This document shows, one piece after another, positions 1-8,790 of a DNA stretch of 64,000 bases (positions are counted from its first letter, which is position 1; the number at the start of each line of letters is the position of its first letter). The stretch comes from Myxococcota bacterium. GTDB taxonomy: Bacteria > Myxococcota_A > UBA9160 > UBA4427. The stretch is from the NCBI GenBank assembly GCA_029243605.1, contig JAQWRT010000033.1:1147-65146 (forward strand), given 5' to 3'. Made by a program: the position numbers and the translations under genes. The notes beneath the pieces were generated by a model. The model ran no database searches. It was not told the origin of the DNA and saw nothing but the letters and a program-made list of their open reading frames with translations.

Positions 1-197
1 AAGAAAGGGGACCCTGCAAAAGGGTTTTCCCCTTCGCTCTTGGTCCCCCGCCCGAGAAAATCTCGATTTTCTCGTTTGGTTCCCCTGTTCTTACGGACAC
101 ACTCCGCTCACTTTTCTTATGGTAGCCATGACAAAAGGGGTTTCTCCTCGCGACCCGAGACTGGGAGCGATCGAAAGCCACCGGAAGGAGACATGAA

Positions 198-1601
198 ATG
201 GCTTTGCTCTATGAGCGTTCCAGCCCTCTTCTTCGTGCCGCCCTCGCTACGAACCGGCTCTGCGTGACCGCCCTGTTGGCGCTTAGTCTCATGCCCGCCC
301 GGGCGCCGGCCCAGCTCTTCATGCTCGACGACACTTCGGCCGACCCGCTCGTCACCCCCCTGATCTGCCCTGTCGGTTTTCCGTTGCCCTGTCCTCCTCT
401 CGTGGCCTTCGGGCTGGGTGCGGAGGACCCGCTGGGATTTCTTGGCCCCCAACCTGCGCGGGGTCCGTCGCCCACCCTGGGCCGAATCAAAGGCCTTCTG
501 GCTGGAGACGGTGACGTCTTGGCTCCCCCCGCGCCGCCCGCCACGGGTCCGATCGTTCAGAACGCACCTCCGCGACTGGCGGCCTTCACCCCGGCTCTTT
601 CGTTCATCGCGTCGCTTTCCACGAATACCTATGATTTTGGCCTGGACTTGCGCATCGCCTTCAGCGTGGATCGCGAGACCAGGGCACGAGACTGGCCGGC
701 AAGCGCCGTTTCCGTGGAGGCGGCGGCCCACCAAGCTGCAGGGGATATCTTTACTTCCAACCTTGTCTTCACAGCGCCGCAGACGTACATCGGCACTTTG
801 TCTGGCTCTGGGTATGTGGGTGACCTCGGGGCAGGCCGGCCGGGTCCTCGCGGGATCAACCGGCTCTTCAGGGATGAATCGCTCCTCGGGCTTCGAGCCG
901 GGTCGGATGCCCTGATAGGCCCGGGCACTCCCGCCCCGCCCCATTCACCGGGAAGCCACGACAACGTCGACGCCCTGGAGGCGAACGAGTTCGCCTCCCC
1001 CCTCACGCCAGGCGTCTCGCCTTGGGTTCGCTCAGGCTATTTCACCCTTTACCCCTATATGGCCATGCGCTTCGGGCTTCCCTGGAGCAACATCTACGCG
1101 ATTCGGGCGGGCGGCGTTTTCGCATGCCTTCCTGCCTTCGCGGTGCATACCCAGATGGGGCTTTCGGACTTGGACATCATCGACGGCTTGGTGGTCTACG
1201 ACGAGACTCCCCCCGGACTCCCCGAAAGCGTTGGCTGTAGCGCTGTGAGCGCCGAGCCCGGGGTCGACGCGGTGCTCTTCAGCCTTGCACCCGGCTCGGC
1301 TAGCCTGAATCATCCGCAAATGAAGCCGGGCGACGTGTTCTTCAGTGACTTCAGCGGGGCCTTCGCCACCTACGCGAGCGTTGACGAACTGGGGCTGGAC
1401 GAAGGTTCGATCGCCGGGGGGGACAACATGGACGCACTGGAAGTCCTCTGCGCGGCGGATATCGACGGGGACGGCTTCGTGGGCTTTGACGACTACTTTA
1501 GAGTGTATACGACCTTGGCCGATATCACCGGGGACGGGCTCCACAATTTCCAGGATCTCACTTTAGCGCTCGATTCCTGGGCGTTAGGTTGCGCAGACTA
1601 G
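198..1601 (+). CDS. Secreted protein with C-terminal dockerin-like double EF-hand tail
   Basis: AAGGAG RBS; signal-peptide-like N-terminus (ALLALSLMPARAPA); C-terminal CAADIDGDGFVGFDD...ADITGDGLHNFQD...GC; internal DNVDALE/DNMDALE repeats. Confidence 0.75.
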   Translation: MALLYERSSPLLRAALATNRLCVTALLALSLMPARAPAQLFMLDDTSADPLVTPLICPVGFPLPCPPLVAFGLGAEDPLGFLGPQPARGPSPTLGRIKGLLAGDGDVLAPPAPPATGPIVQNAPPRLAAFTPALSFIASLSTNTYDFGLDLRIAFSVDRETRARDWPASAVSVEAAAHQAAGDIFTSNLVFTAPQTYIGTLSGSGYVGDLGAGRPGPRGINRLFRDESLLGLRAGSDALIGPGTPAPPHSPGSHDNVDALEANEFASPLTPGVSPWVRSGYFTLYPYMAMRFGLPWSNIYAIRAGGVFACLPAFAVHTQMGLSDLDIIDGLVVYDETPPGLPESVGCSAVSAEPGVDAVLFSLAPGSASLNHPQMKPGDVFFSDFSGAFATYASVDELGLDEGSIAGGDNMDALEVLCAADIDGDGFVGFDDYFRVYTTLADITGDGLHNFQDLTLALDSWALGCAD

Positions 1602-1676
1602 CCGCGTAGAGGACAAGGTCGGTGTGTGTCCTGGTCAGTAGAAGCTGGGTTCGGGGCAGGGACCGTATACGGCCGT

Positions 1677-1975
1677 CTACTGACGTCGAAGTTCGTAGAG
1701 CCCGTTGGCGTTCTCGATCAACGGGGAGCATCGTCGAAGTCCGAGTCGACCTGCGGATACACAGCGAAGAAATCGCCTCGTGCGGCGAGCGCGTCGACGA
1801 AACGCCGCGCCCCAGGATGTCCAGGGCGCGCTAGCCACGCCGCGACTTCGAGCTGCGAGGCCGCATAACTGAGCGCCACTTCTCCCCTGTGAAAATCTCG
1901 CACCGTGATGAGCTCCGAGACCGGTGGCAGGGGCACGCCCTCACGTATCACCCGTGTGTACACCGTCAACAGATG
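1677..1975 (-). pseudogene. 5'-truncated, frameshifted gene remnant (possibly peptidase MA-like C-terminus)
   Basis: Protein-like segment LPPVSELITVRDFHRGEVALSYAASQLEVAAWLARPG; hits TGA at 1718, but a shifted frame continues LIENANGLYELRRQ* to 1677; no credible start. Confidence 0.4.
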
Positions 1976-1997
1976 GCGGAGGTCCGTCGGCGGACTT

Positions 1998-2015
1998 GCT
2001 TTATTTTTCCTATAC
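1998..2015 (+). mobile_element. IS91/ISCR oriIS-like end motif (copy a)
   Basis: GCTTTATTTTTCCTATAC resembles recalled ISCR oriIS consensus GCGTTTGAACTTCCTATAC; lies between two pseudogenes. Confidence 0.45.
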
Positions 2016-2117
2016 GCGTCTGGGCTATCATTCGTTCTTCCATGGCCTGAGTGAGTCGCCGCCCGGCCATCCTCGCGAACCTCTACACGGGGCGCCCCCA
2101 GCCTCGAAAGGTGCCTC

Positions 2118-2868
2118 ATGCTGTTCGACAAAGCCTTCGTCGAAGCCGTCGGGGAGATTTACGACCCGCGGATGGGCACCGAGCACGTCGCGTGCGCTGC
2201 TGTACTCACTGATTCGCGGCGCGCGCCCCCGCCGAGTGCTGGAAGTCGGTATGGGCTACACGTCCTGCTTCATTCTCAAGACGCTCGCTGACAACGTGGC
2301 CGACTTCGACCGCGAGCGGGCCGCCGTGGTCGAGGCCGTCAAAGGCAACCCAGTTGGGAATCGGCCTGAAGTCGAGGGGCTGCCGTTTGTGGAGTTCGAC
2401 CACTACCGCACGCCCTACCGGCCCGCCCTGCACGCCATCGACGCTCTGGTCCATCCCCACAGCGGCGCCGCCAAGGTCATGGAGGCGGCCCGAGGACTCG
2501 GGATCGACGAGTATCTGCGTTTCCACCAGGCGGACTTTCGCGGTTGCTCTCAGCGCTTGGAAGACGAGGACCTGCCGCTGGACTTCATCTGGCTCGATGC
2601 GGGCGGCTATGCGTCCTACACGGCCTTTGCGGCCGAGTATTGAGACCTACTGAATCCCGACGGCGGCTTGTGGCTCATCCACTCGACGCTGACCAACCTC
2701 GAGGCCATCGCGTTAGTGCGCGAGCTCAAGCTTCGGCAGGCGACGAACGAGTTCCACGACTTTGAGCTGGTGAGCGTCTTGGAGCCGCACAAGGTGGCTC
2801 AGAACAGCTTCACGCTCATTCGAAAGACGAGCGGCTACGCCGAGCGCCTGTACACAATGAAACCCTGA
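2118..2868 (+). pseudogene. Class I SAM-dependent methyltransferase pseudogene (frameshift plus nonsense codon)
   Basis: ATG2118 MLFDKAFVEAVGEIYDPRMGTEHVA, frameshift near 2193 into LLYSLIRGARPRRVLEVGMGYTS...LDFIWLD; TGA at 2641 inside AEY*DLLNPDGGLWLIHST; frame continues to 2868. Confidence 0.8.
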
Positions 2869-2905
2869 CTCGATACTGGCGGTGCTTATCGTCAGCGCAA
2901 CCCAG

Positions 2906-2947
2906 GGGATAGGACATTCAAGCTGGGTTCAGGCAAAACGTCCGAGT
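2906..2947 (-). repeat. 42-bp repeat, inverted copy of 4191-4232, ending in oriIS-like motif (copy b)
   Basis: GGGATAGGACATTCAAGCTGGGTTCAGGCAAAACGTCCGAGT matches reverse complement of 4191-4232 at 39/42. Confidence 0.85.
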
Positions 2948-3010
2948 CCGCCTGCGGCACCCGCCGGGACCTGCCATAGCATCGCTACCCGGACATCACC
3001 CCAAAACCCC

Positions 3011-3027
3011 GCTTAAACTTCATATCC
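3011..3027 (+). mobile_element. IS91/ISCR oriIS-like end motif (copy c)
   Basis: GCTTAAACTTCATATCC, ~35 bp upstream of the truncated nitroreductase. Confidence 0.45.
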
Positions 3028-3061
3028 GCTGCAAAGATAAAAGATTTGGGGCACGGGTGCC

Positions 3062-3421
3062 GCCAATCTGGAGCGCGTACCGTGGTTCGTGATCCCGTGC
3101 ATCGAGAGTCCGATGGGGCGAGCAGGTGGCAAGACCGGGGTCTACGTTCATGCCAACACGTGGGCTTCGATTTACCCAGCGGTGTGGAGCTTCATGCTCG
3201 CTCTTCGAGAGCGAGGGCTCGCCACGTGTCTGACCACGAATTATCTCGCGTACGAGCGCGAGGTCGCCGACCTGCTCGGAATCCCCTTCGACACGATCAA
3301 TCAAGCCTGCTTGCTGCCCGTGGCCCATGCGCAGGGAACCGACTTCCGGCGCGCAGCGCGCAAGCCAGTGGAATCGGTCGTTCACCTGAAGAGGTGGGGA
3401 ACCCGCCTGGGGTCGGGGTGA
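3062..3421 (+). pseudogene. Nitroreductase family, 5'-truncated fragment
   Basis: ANLERVPWFVIPCI...WASIYPAVWSFMLALRERGLATCLTT...LLPVAH...FRRAARKP is a nitroreductase C-half; the N-terminal RRSVR region is absent. Confidence 0.75.
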
Positions 3422-3523
3422 ATCCGATGCGTTTTCGAGAACCCTGAGTACGAGGAGGGGGGGGTGAGCCTCCAAAGAGCGATCTCCCCAGCGCGGGCAC
3501 CCGCGGTGAGTTATCTCAGCCGC

Positions 3524-4063
3524 TCACTCACCGGACCGCTGGGGCCGGAGGAAGATGATCGTCAATAGAATGATCGCGGCCTGGATGACCGTGAACAGCA
3601 GACCCGCGAGACACACCCACTCCCTCCCGGGCAACCCGATCGCCAGGAAGTTGAATATCTGTGCGACGAAACTCGTCGCTAGGATGCCGTGCACCACGAT
3701 CGACTGCACCCGAAACAGTCGAGTGCGTCCAAGGTAGGCGGCCTTCTCGGGAGAATCCATTTGAGAGTAAAGGAGCGCCCAGATGATGATGATCTGAGTT
3801 CCCATGAAAACGTAGGCGAAGCTCCAAGTTCTCCACAGTGAGGCGCCGGTCTGCCCGAGTGATACGAGCACGTGCGGGAGAATTCCTCCCATGATCGAAG
3901 CAACTGCCAGTGACAAGAGCAGAAACAAGCGAATACGGTCTTCCGGCACCAGATCCTCGGGCCCCCGCGCCAGAGCGAAAGCGATCGCGCCGAAGCCCAG
4001 AAGAGCTCCTGCGATCTCTGCAAGGGTCTCGAACGCTGACGAGATCGGTTCCAATCGATCCAC
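3524..4063 (-). CDS. Hypothetical multi-pass membrane protein
   Basis: 179 aa, about five hydrophobic helices; ETLAEIAGALLGF N-terminal motif. Confidence 0.7.
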   Translation of the reverse strand: MDRLEPISSAFETLAEIAGALLGFGAIAFALARGPEDLVPEDRIRLFLLLSLAVASIMGGILPHVLVSLGQTGASLWRTWSFAYVFMGTQIIIIWALLYSQMDSPEKAAYLGRTRLFRVQSIVVHGILATSFVAQIFNFLAIGLPGREWVCLAGLLFTVIQAAIILLTIIFLRPQRSGE

Positions 4064-4190
4064 TCCGGTGACGGCGGCTCAGCCGCACGGACAGCACGGA
4101 GTGACCGCGCAAAGACTGTGAGCTGTTCGCCGCGACAGTGTTAGCACGGCCCGCGACAGGGCTCCTCTAGGGATTTAACAGAACGCCCAT

Positions 4191-4232
4191 ACTCGGACGT
4201 TGTGCCAGAACCCAGCTTGTATGTCCTATCCC
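4191..4232 (+). repeat. 42-bp repeat, inverted copy of 2906-2947, ending in oriIS-like motif (copy d)
   Basis: ACTCGGACGTTGTGCCAGAACCCAGCTTGTATGTCCTATCCC. Confidence 0.85.
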
Positions 4233-4279
4233 TTATGGCTTGCTAGGAGGCGCTCGCTCCGCTGAGTGTTCGGGTCGCC

Positions 4280-5083
4280 CTACTGCAGCATCCCAAGCGA
4301 CGGCGCTTCCTCCCTCACCGGGCTCCCGCATGCCCGAGACTGCCCATGACGCCGACGGCCTAGCGCCCGCCGCCGCAGGCTCGCCAGCCCGCACAGCGCC
4401 GCCCCGAGCAACACCCCCGTCCCCGGCTCGGGCACGGCGAGAAAATCCGCGCTTCCCGGTGTCGGCTCCCCGAGGACATGAAAGTCCATCGCGTTATCAC
4501 CCGTGTCCACGTCGGCAAACCAGCGCGCCACGCTCGAGCCCCCGGGCGGATCCGAAGCCGGGTTGCCCTCCCCTGCAAAAAAATGCGCCGACGTAAAGCT
4601 CCCGTAGCCCACGGCATCGACAACGCCGAACTCATCGCGGAGGACGATGGAATCCGGGCCGTTCTGAAAATCGAAATTGGCGACCAGGTCGGCCCCGGGC
4701 ACGAACACGCTGCCGCCCCCGGTGCGATCGGCGAGAACGAAGAGCCCCGATGCGGGGATCGAACCCGACAGCATGATCACGGGCCCCACCCCCCCATCAA
4801 AACCGTTGACCCCTTCGACCTGCCAGCCGTCGAGAAGCGTGCCCGGAGGCCCCGCGAGTTCGACGAAGACGTGGCCGTCATCGCTGCCCTCGGCATCGTA
4901 GAAGATTTCGGAAATCATCACCGTGGCCAAGGCGCCGGGGGCCCACCCCAGTGCCGCGGCCAGCATCACCAGGGCCGCCCACGGGCCGCGACCTCTTCGG
5001 CTCTTTCTTCGTGCGTCTATTCGTCCATCAGTCCTTGACTCCATTCGCATACTTCTCCGCACACCGCGCTCTTGGATCTTCAT
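4280..5083 (-). CDS. Lamin-tail-domain protein with PEP-CTERM sorting signal
   Basis: VMISEIFYDAEGSDD..FVEL (LTD), FQNGPDSIVL, VPEPGTGVLLGAALCGLASLRRR; ATGA overlap with upstream gene; start could be later. Confidence 0.85.
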   Translation of the reverse strand: MKIQERGVRRSMRMESRTDGRIDARRKSRRGRGPWAALVMLAAALGWAPGALATVMISEIFYDAEGSDDGHVFVELAGPPGTLLDGWQVEGVNGFDGGVGPVIMLSGSIPASGLFVLADRTGGGSVFVPGADLVANFDFQNGPDSIVLRDEFGVVDAVGYGSFTSAHFFAGEGNPASDPPGGSSVARWFADVDTGDNAMDFHVLGEPTPGSADFLAVPEPGTGVLLGAALCGLASLRRRALGRRRHGQSRACGSPVREEAPSLGMLQ

Positions 5084-6945
5084 GATCTGTCCTCATTTCC
5101 AGGGGTCGGGACCGTGTTCAGTAAGGGCGAGCAGCCCGCCGATGAATCGGCCTCGGCGCCCGATTCGGCACGGAGGGCGGCGCTAAACCAGCCCCCGGTC
5201 CAGGCGTCGAGGCCCGCGGCGAGTTCCTCGGCGCGCAGGCGCAAGAGCTCCGCTTCCGGGGTCTGCTTGTCGGGCTGAGAATCCAGGGCCAGCAAGGCCC
5301 GCCGCCGGTCGAAATAGAGTTGAGTGAGTTCATCGAGGACGTTGTCCCGCAAGCTGATGACTTGGCGCGCCTCCCGGGAGAGTTCCGGGGCGTCGGCGGG
5401 ATAGGCGAGATCGCCTAGGTCCCAGGCCAGGGTAATCGAGGCATCGAAGCCGCCGGAACGATCGTCGGATCGGTCGAGAAGGTCGTGGAGTTCGCCGTAG
5501 GTGAACGACTGGTCCCAGCCGCGCTCGCGGTCATGATCCGCGCCGCCCCCGGCGCGCAGGGCCAAGGCGGGCCACCAAGCCCGGCGGCCGAGGCCAGCGC
5601 GCAGGCTGCGAAAATAATCGGGGCCAAGCCCGGATCGGCGCAGGGCCTCGGCACGAACCCGGGCCAGACTCGGTGCGGCGGGGAGGCAGCCCCGGCTAAC
5701 CAGGCTCTCTTTGCCCAGCGGCGGAGCCATCGCTGTCCCCGGAACCGAGGGATGGCCGCGATAGAGCCCCCCCGGACCGGCGGCGAGGACAAAAGCCTGG
5801 CCGCCGACCCTGCCCGGGGCGATTCCCACGATGGGCATGCCGGCCAAGGGCGAGCCCGCTCTCCGCCACGGCCCGAGAAGCGAGCGCGCCGAAAGAAGCC
5901 CGCGGTCGGTGGCAAGCCAGGCCCGGCCGCCGACGCTCGCGGTATTGCCCGAAGCATCGCCCCCAGCGATCCGCAAGGCGCTCGCCCCGGCGGGCCAAAC
6001 CGGGTAATCAATCTCCCAGCGCAGGGGGCCAACCCGGCCGGGCAGGGTGCGTGCCAATGCCCGGGGATAAACGACCACCAACTCGCTGCCGAACAAATCG
6101 AGGAAGAGGTCGCTGGGAATGCCTTCGAGGGGGCGGCCCGGAATTCTCACCCGCCGCCCCGGCGCGGCTTCAAGGCTCTCCCCCGCCCGCGAGAGATCGA
6201 CCCGCCAGAGCTCCCGGTCGGCGAGCAACCACAGCACCCAGCCCGGGGCGTCGCCCGCAACGGACCCACCGGCGACGGGCCCCCGGGCCAGGCCCACGGC
6301 GTGAAATGAACCCAGGGGAAGGCCGTCGAGGAGGCGGCGCCAACCCCCGCCCCCGGTCGAGAGAAACGCCCCCCCCGCTCCCACCGCGACGCGAAGCTCG
6401 CCGGAAGAGATCACCCGAACGATTCGGCGGGCCGCCTCGCCCGGACCCGGCGAGCGCTCCTCGAGCCGACCCGCCGGATTCCAATGCCAGAGCCCCTGAA
6501 GCGAAGCGATCCAGAGAGCGCCGTCGCCGTCGAAATGCAGATCTCGGATGCCCCCTACCCGGGCCACCCGGCGCCAGCCCCCCGGACCCACCGAGGGATC
6601 GGTCCAAGTTCCAACCAGGGCGCCCTGGGCGTCGGCTACGGCCACCCGCGAACCCGAGGGATCCACGGTCACAGCGAGCAGGGGGCCCTCGGCGCCGGCC
6701 ACGCTGACCTTCTGCCAAAGCCAGGCCTCTTCGGTCTCACCCGAACTCTCCCCCGGGCCGCCACGGCCCAGAGCGAGTGCCCCGGACGGGCCCGGCAAGG
6801 CGAGCCCCAGCACAGCCACCAACCCCGCCAACAGCGACAGGACGGCCCGGGCTCGGCGAGCATCGAAACGGCGTGGATCCCCAGAAAAAAAAGGCGGCAT
6901 GCGCCCCTGAAAAGCAAGCACCGTGCCCGGCGCCGGGCGCCGCAT
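5080..6945 (-). CDS. Secreted protein: beta-propeller-like N-part plus single TolC/OEP-like repeat
   Basis: Signal/TM segment; repeated LWIASLQGL/WLATDRGL/AAGPGGLY blades; C-terminal WWPALALRAG...ITLAWDL...VLDELTQLYFDRRR; start uncertain. Confidence 0.6.
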   Translation of the reverse strand: MRRPAPGTVLAFQGRMPPFFSGDPRRFDARRARAVLSLLAGLVAVLGLALPGPSGALALGRGGPGESSGETEEAWLWQKVSVAGAEGPLLAVTVDPSGSRVAVADAQGALVGTWTDPSVGPGGWRRVARVGGIRDLHFDGDGALWIASLQGLWHWNPAGRLEERSPGPGEAARRIVRVISSGELRVAVGAGGAFLSTGGGGWRRLLDGLPLGSFHAVGLARGPVAGGSVAGDAPGWVLWLLADRELWRVDLSRAGESLEAAPGRRVRIPGRPLEGIPSDLFLDLFGSELVVVYPRALARTLPGRVGPLRWEIDYPVWPAGASALRIAGGDASGNTASVGGRAWLATDRGLLSARSLLGPWRRAGSPLAGMPIVGIAPGRVGGQAFVLAAGPGGLYRGHPSVPGTAMAPPLGKESLVSRGCLPAAPSLARVRAEALRRSGLGPDYFRSLRAGLGRRAWWPALALRAGGGADHDRERGWDQSFTYGELHDLLDRSDDRSGGFDASITLAWDLGDLAYPADAPELSREARQVISLRDNVLDELTQLYFDRRRALLALDSQPDKQTPEAELLRLRAEELAAGLDAWTGGWFSAALRAESGAEADSSAGCSPLLNTVPTPGNEDRS

Positions 6946-7146
6946 TCTGGGCCAGGGCCGCTCGGGAGAAGATTTCGGGCTCCGAGTTCACAGATCGGGC
7001 GGGCCCACGGGTCCACAACCCCAACCACGGGACGCTTGACTCCTTGCTCCCACTCCAGAAAACTCGCCCCCCATGCACCCGCCGCGCCATACCCAGCCCC
7101 AGCCCGGATTCCGACCCCGCTCCCGGCCCATTTCGCCGAGGTGGGC

Positions 7147-8094
7147 ATGACGGACCGGCCCATCGTCGCCCTGTCCGGGGGAGTCGGCGCCGCGCGTTTC
7201 CTGCGCGGGCTCGTCCGGGTCGCGCCGCCCGAGGATCTGGTCGCCGTGGTCAACACCGGCGACGATCGCGAGTTCTACGGGGTCCACGTCGCGCCGGATC
7301 TCGACATCGTCACCTATACCCTGGCGGGTCTCGTCAACGATGCCCTGGGCTACGGGCTCGAGGGCGATCGGTTCGACCTCGTCGAAACCCTCGACCGGCT
7401 CGGCCACGAGGTCTGGTTTCGCCTGGGCGATCGGGACTTCGCCCATTGCCTGCATCGCACCCTGCGCCTGGGCGAGGGGGCCGGGTTGGCCAAGACCTGC
7501 GACGAACTCCGCCAAGCTCTGAGCGTGGCTTCGCGTATCCTCCCCATGTCCGAAGACTCCTGCCCTACCCTGGTCGATCTTCAGGACGGAAGGACCATGC
7601 ATTTCGAGGACTACATGATTCGCGAGGGTGCCCCAGACCAAGTGAAGGCCGTGGATCTCTCCGCCGCCGGCGCGGCGACCCCCGCACCCGGGGTGCTCGA
7701 CGCCCTCGCCCGGGCCCGGGTGATCGTCGTCTGCCCGAGCAACCCGGTGGTCTCCGTCGGCCCGATCCTCGCGGTGCCCGGCGTCGTCGAAGCCATCGCC
7801 GAAAGCTCGGCTCCAGTGGTCGCGGTCTCCCCCATCGTGGGGGGCGCGCCCGTCAAGGGGCCCGCCAGCCAATTGCTTCGAGGCATCGGGGTCGAGGTCT
7901 CGGCCCTCGGTGTCGCCCAGCATTACCAGGGCTGGATCGACGGCTACGTACTCGACGACCAGGACGCCGCACTCGACGCCGACATCAAGGCGCTGGGGCT
8001 CGCGACCCGGGTCACCGACTCCATCATGGTCGACCCCGAAGCGGCAGGCCGGCTCGCCGCCGTCACCCTCGAACTCGCGGATTCTCTGGCATGA
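7147..8094 (+). CDS. cofD: 2-phospho-L-lactate transferase (F420 biosynthesis)
   Basis: LSGGVGAARFLRG, VNTGDD, PDLD, WFRLGDRD, CPSNPVVS, VKGPA. Confidence 0.95.
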   Translation: MTDRPIVALSGGVGAARFLRGLVRVAPPEDLVAVVNTGDDREFYGVHVAPDLDIVTYTLAGLVNDALGYGLEGDRFDLVETLDRLGHEVWFRLGDRDFAHCLHRTLRLGEGAGLAKTCDELRQALSVASRILPMSEDSCPTLVDLQDGRTMHFEDYMIREGAPDQVKAVDLSAAGAATPAPGVLDALARARVIVVCPSNPVVSVGPILAVPGVVEAIAESSAPVVAVSPIVGGAPVKGPASQLLRGIGVEVSALGVAQHYQGWIDGYVLDDQDAALDADIKALGLATRVTDSIMVDPEAAGRLAAVTLELADSLA

Positions 8095-8765
8095 CCGTCG
8101 CCGTCGTTCCCGTGAAATCCCTGGCTTCGAGCAAGTCTCGCCTGCTCCCCGAGCTGCCCCGGGACGCGCTCCAAGCGCTTTCCCTGGCGATGCTCGAGGA
8201 TCTGATCCGCGCGCTCCAGGCCACCCCCGCCATCGAGACCGTCGCCGTGGCTACCCCGGATGACCGGGTGGCCGAGCACACGCGCAGCCTCGGCGCCGAG
8301 GCCCTCCATGGACCCGACCCAGGGCTCAACGCCGCCATCGACGCTGCGCCGGGTAAGCTCGGGCTCGTCGATGACGCTCCACTCCTGATCGTCCTCGGCG
8401 ACGTGCCCGGAGCCCGGCCCAACGAATTGCAACAACTCTTCGAGGCGCTCGATGCTCTGGCGCCCGGACCCGCGGCGGTGCTGGCCCCCTCCCGAGACGG
8501 GGGCACCTCGGCGCTGCTGCGCCGGCCCCACCGCGCCCTGCCCTCGTGCTTCGGACCCCAGAGCGCCACCAAGCACCGGGAGGCGGCCCAGGAACTGGGC
8601 GTCCCCCTGCGCGAATTGCCCCTGGACTCCCTGGCCATCGACCTCGACCGCGCCGAGGATCTCGAGAGTTTCCTCGCCCTGGGCGAAGGCGGGGACTCCA
8701 CCCGCCAACTGCTCAAGAGATTGGACTGGCCCGGCCGGGCGCCGAACTCCCCGAAGGTCCCTTGA
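8091..8765 (+). CDS. cofC: 2-phospho-L-lactate/PEP guanylyltransferase
   Basis: VVPVKSLASSKSRL, GLNAA, GDVP, DGGTSAL, FGPQSA, DLDRAEDL; ATGA overlap with cofD. Confidence 0.93.
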   Translation: MTVAVVPVKSLASSKSRLLPELPRDALQALSLAMLEDLIRALQATPAIETVAVATPDDRVAEHTRSLGAEALHGPDPGLNAAIDAAPGKLGLVDDAPLLIVLGDVPGARPNELQQLFEALDALAPGPAAVLAPSRDGGTSALLRRPHRALPSCFGPQSATKHREAAQELGVPLRELPLDSLAIDLDRAEDLESFLALGEGGDSTRQLLKRLDWPGRAPNSPKVP

Positions 8766-8790
8766 AAAGAATCCAGATAAAGGAATGGGT

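Noticed and set aside
125-190. c-di-GMP-I riboswitch (CGAAAGCCACCGG resemblance)
   Set aside because: No GCAAAC/GNRA P2 arm and no room for P3 before the start codon
2641-2643. In-frame TGA as selenocysteine or readthrough
   Set aside because: Context AEY*DLL fits a Trp codon mutation, and the same gene also has a frameshift
4280-4362. Frameshift extending the PEP-CTERM tail
   Set aside because: An out-of-frame TAG follows the RRR cluster, but a ~25-aa tail is tolerable and nothing else supports a lesion
6777-8090. Long N-terminal extensions in the ORF track (cofC from 6777, engB from 11640, ccm gene from 14091, murG from 60067)
   Set aside because: Stop-free alternative frames overlapping real genes in GC-rich DNA; true starts are at the overlapping ATGA/GTGA junctions
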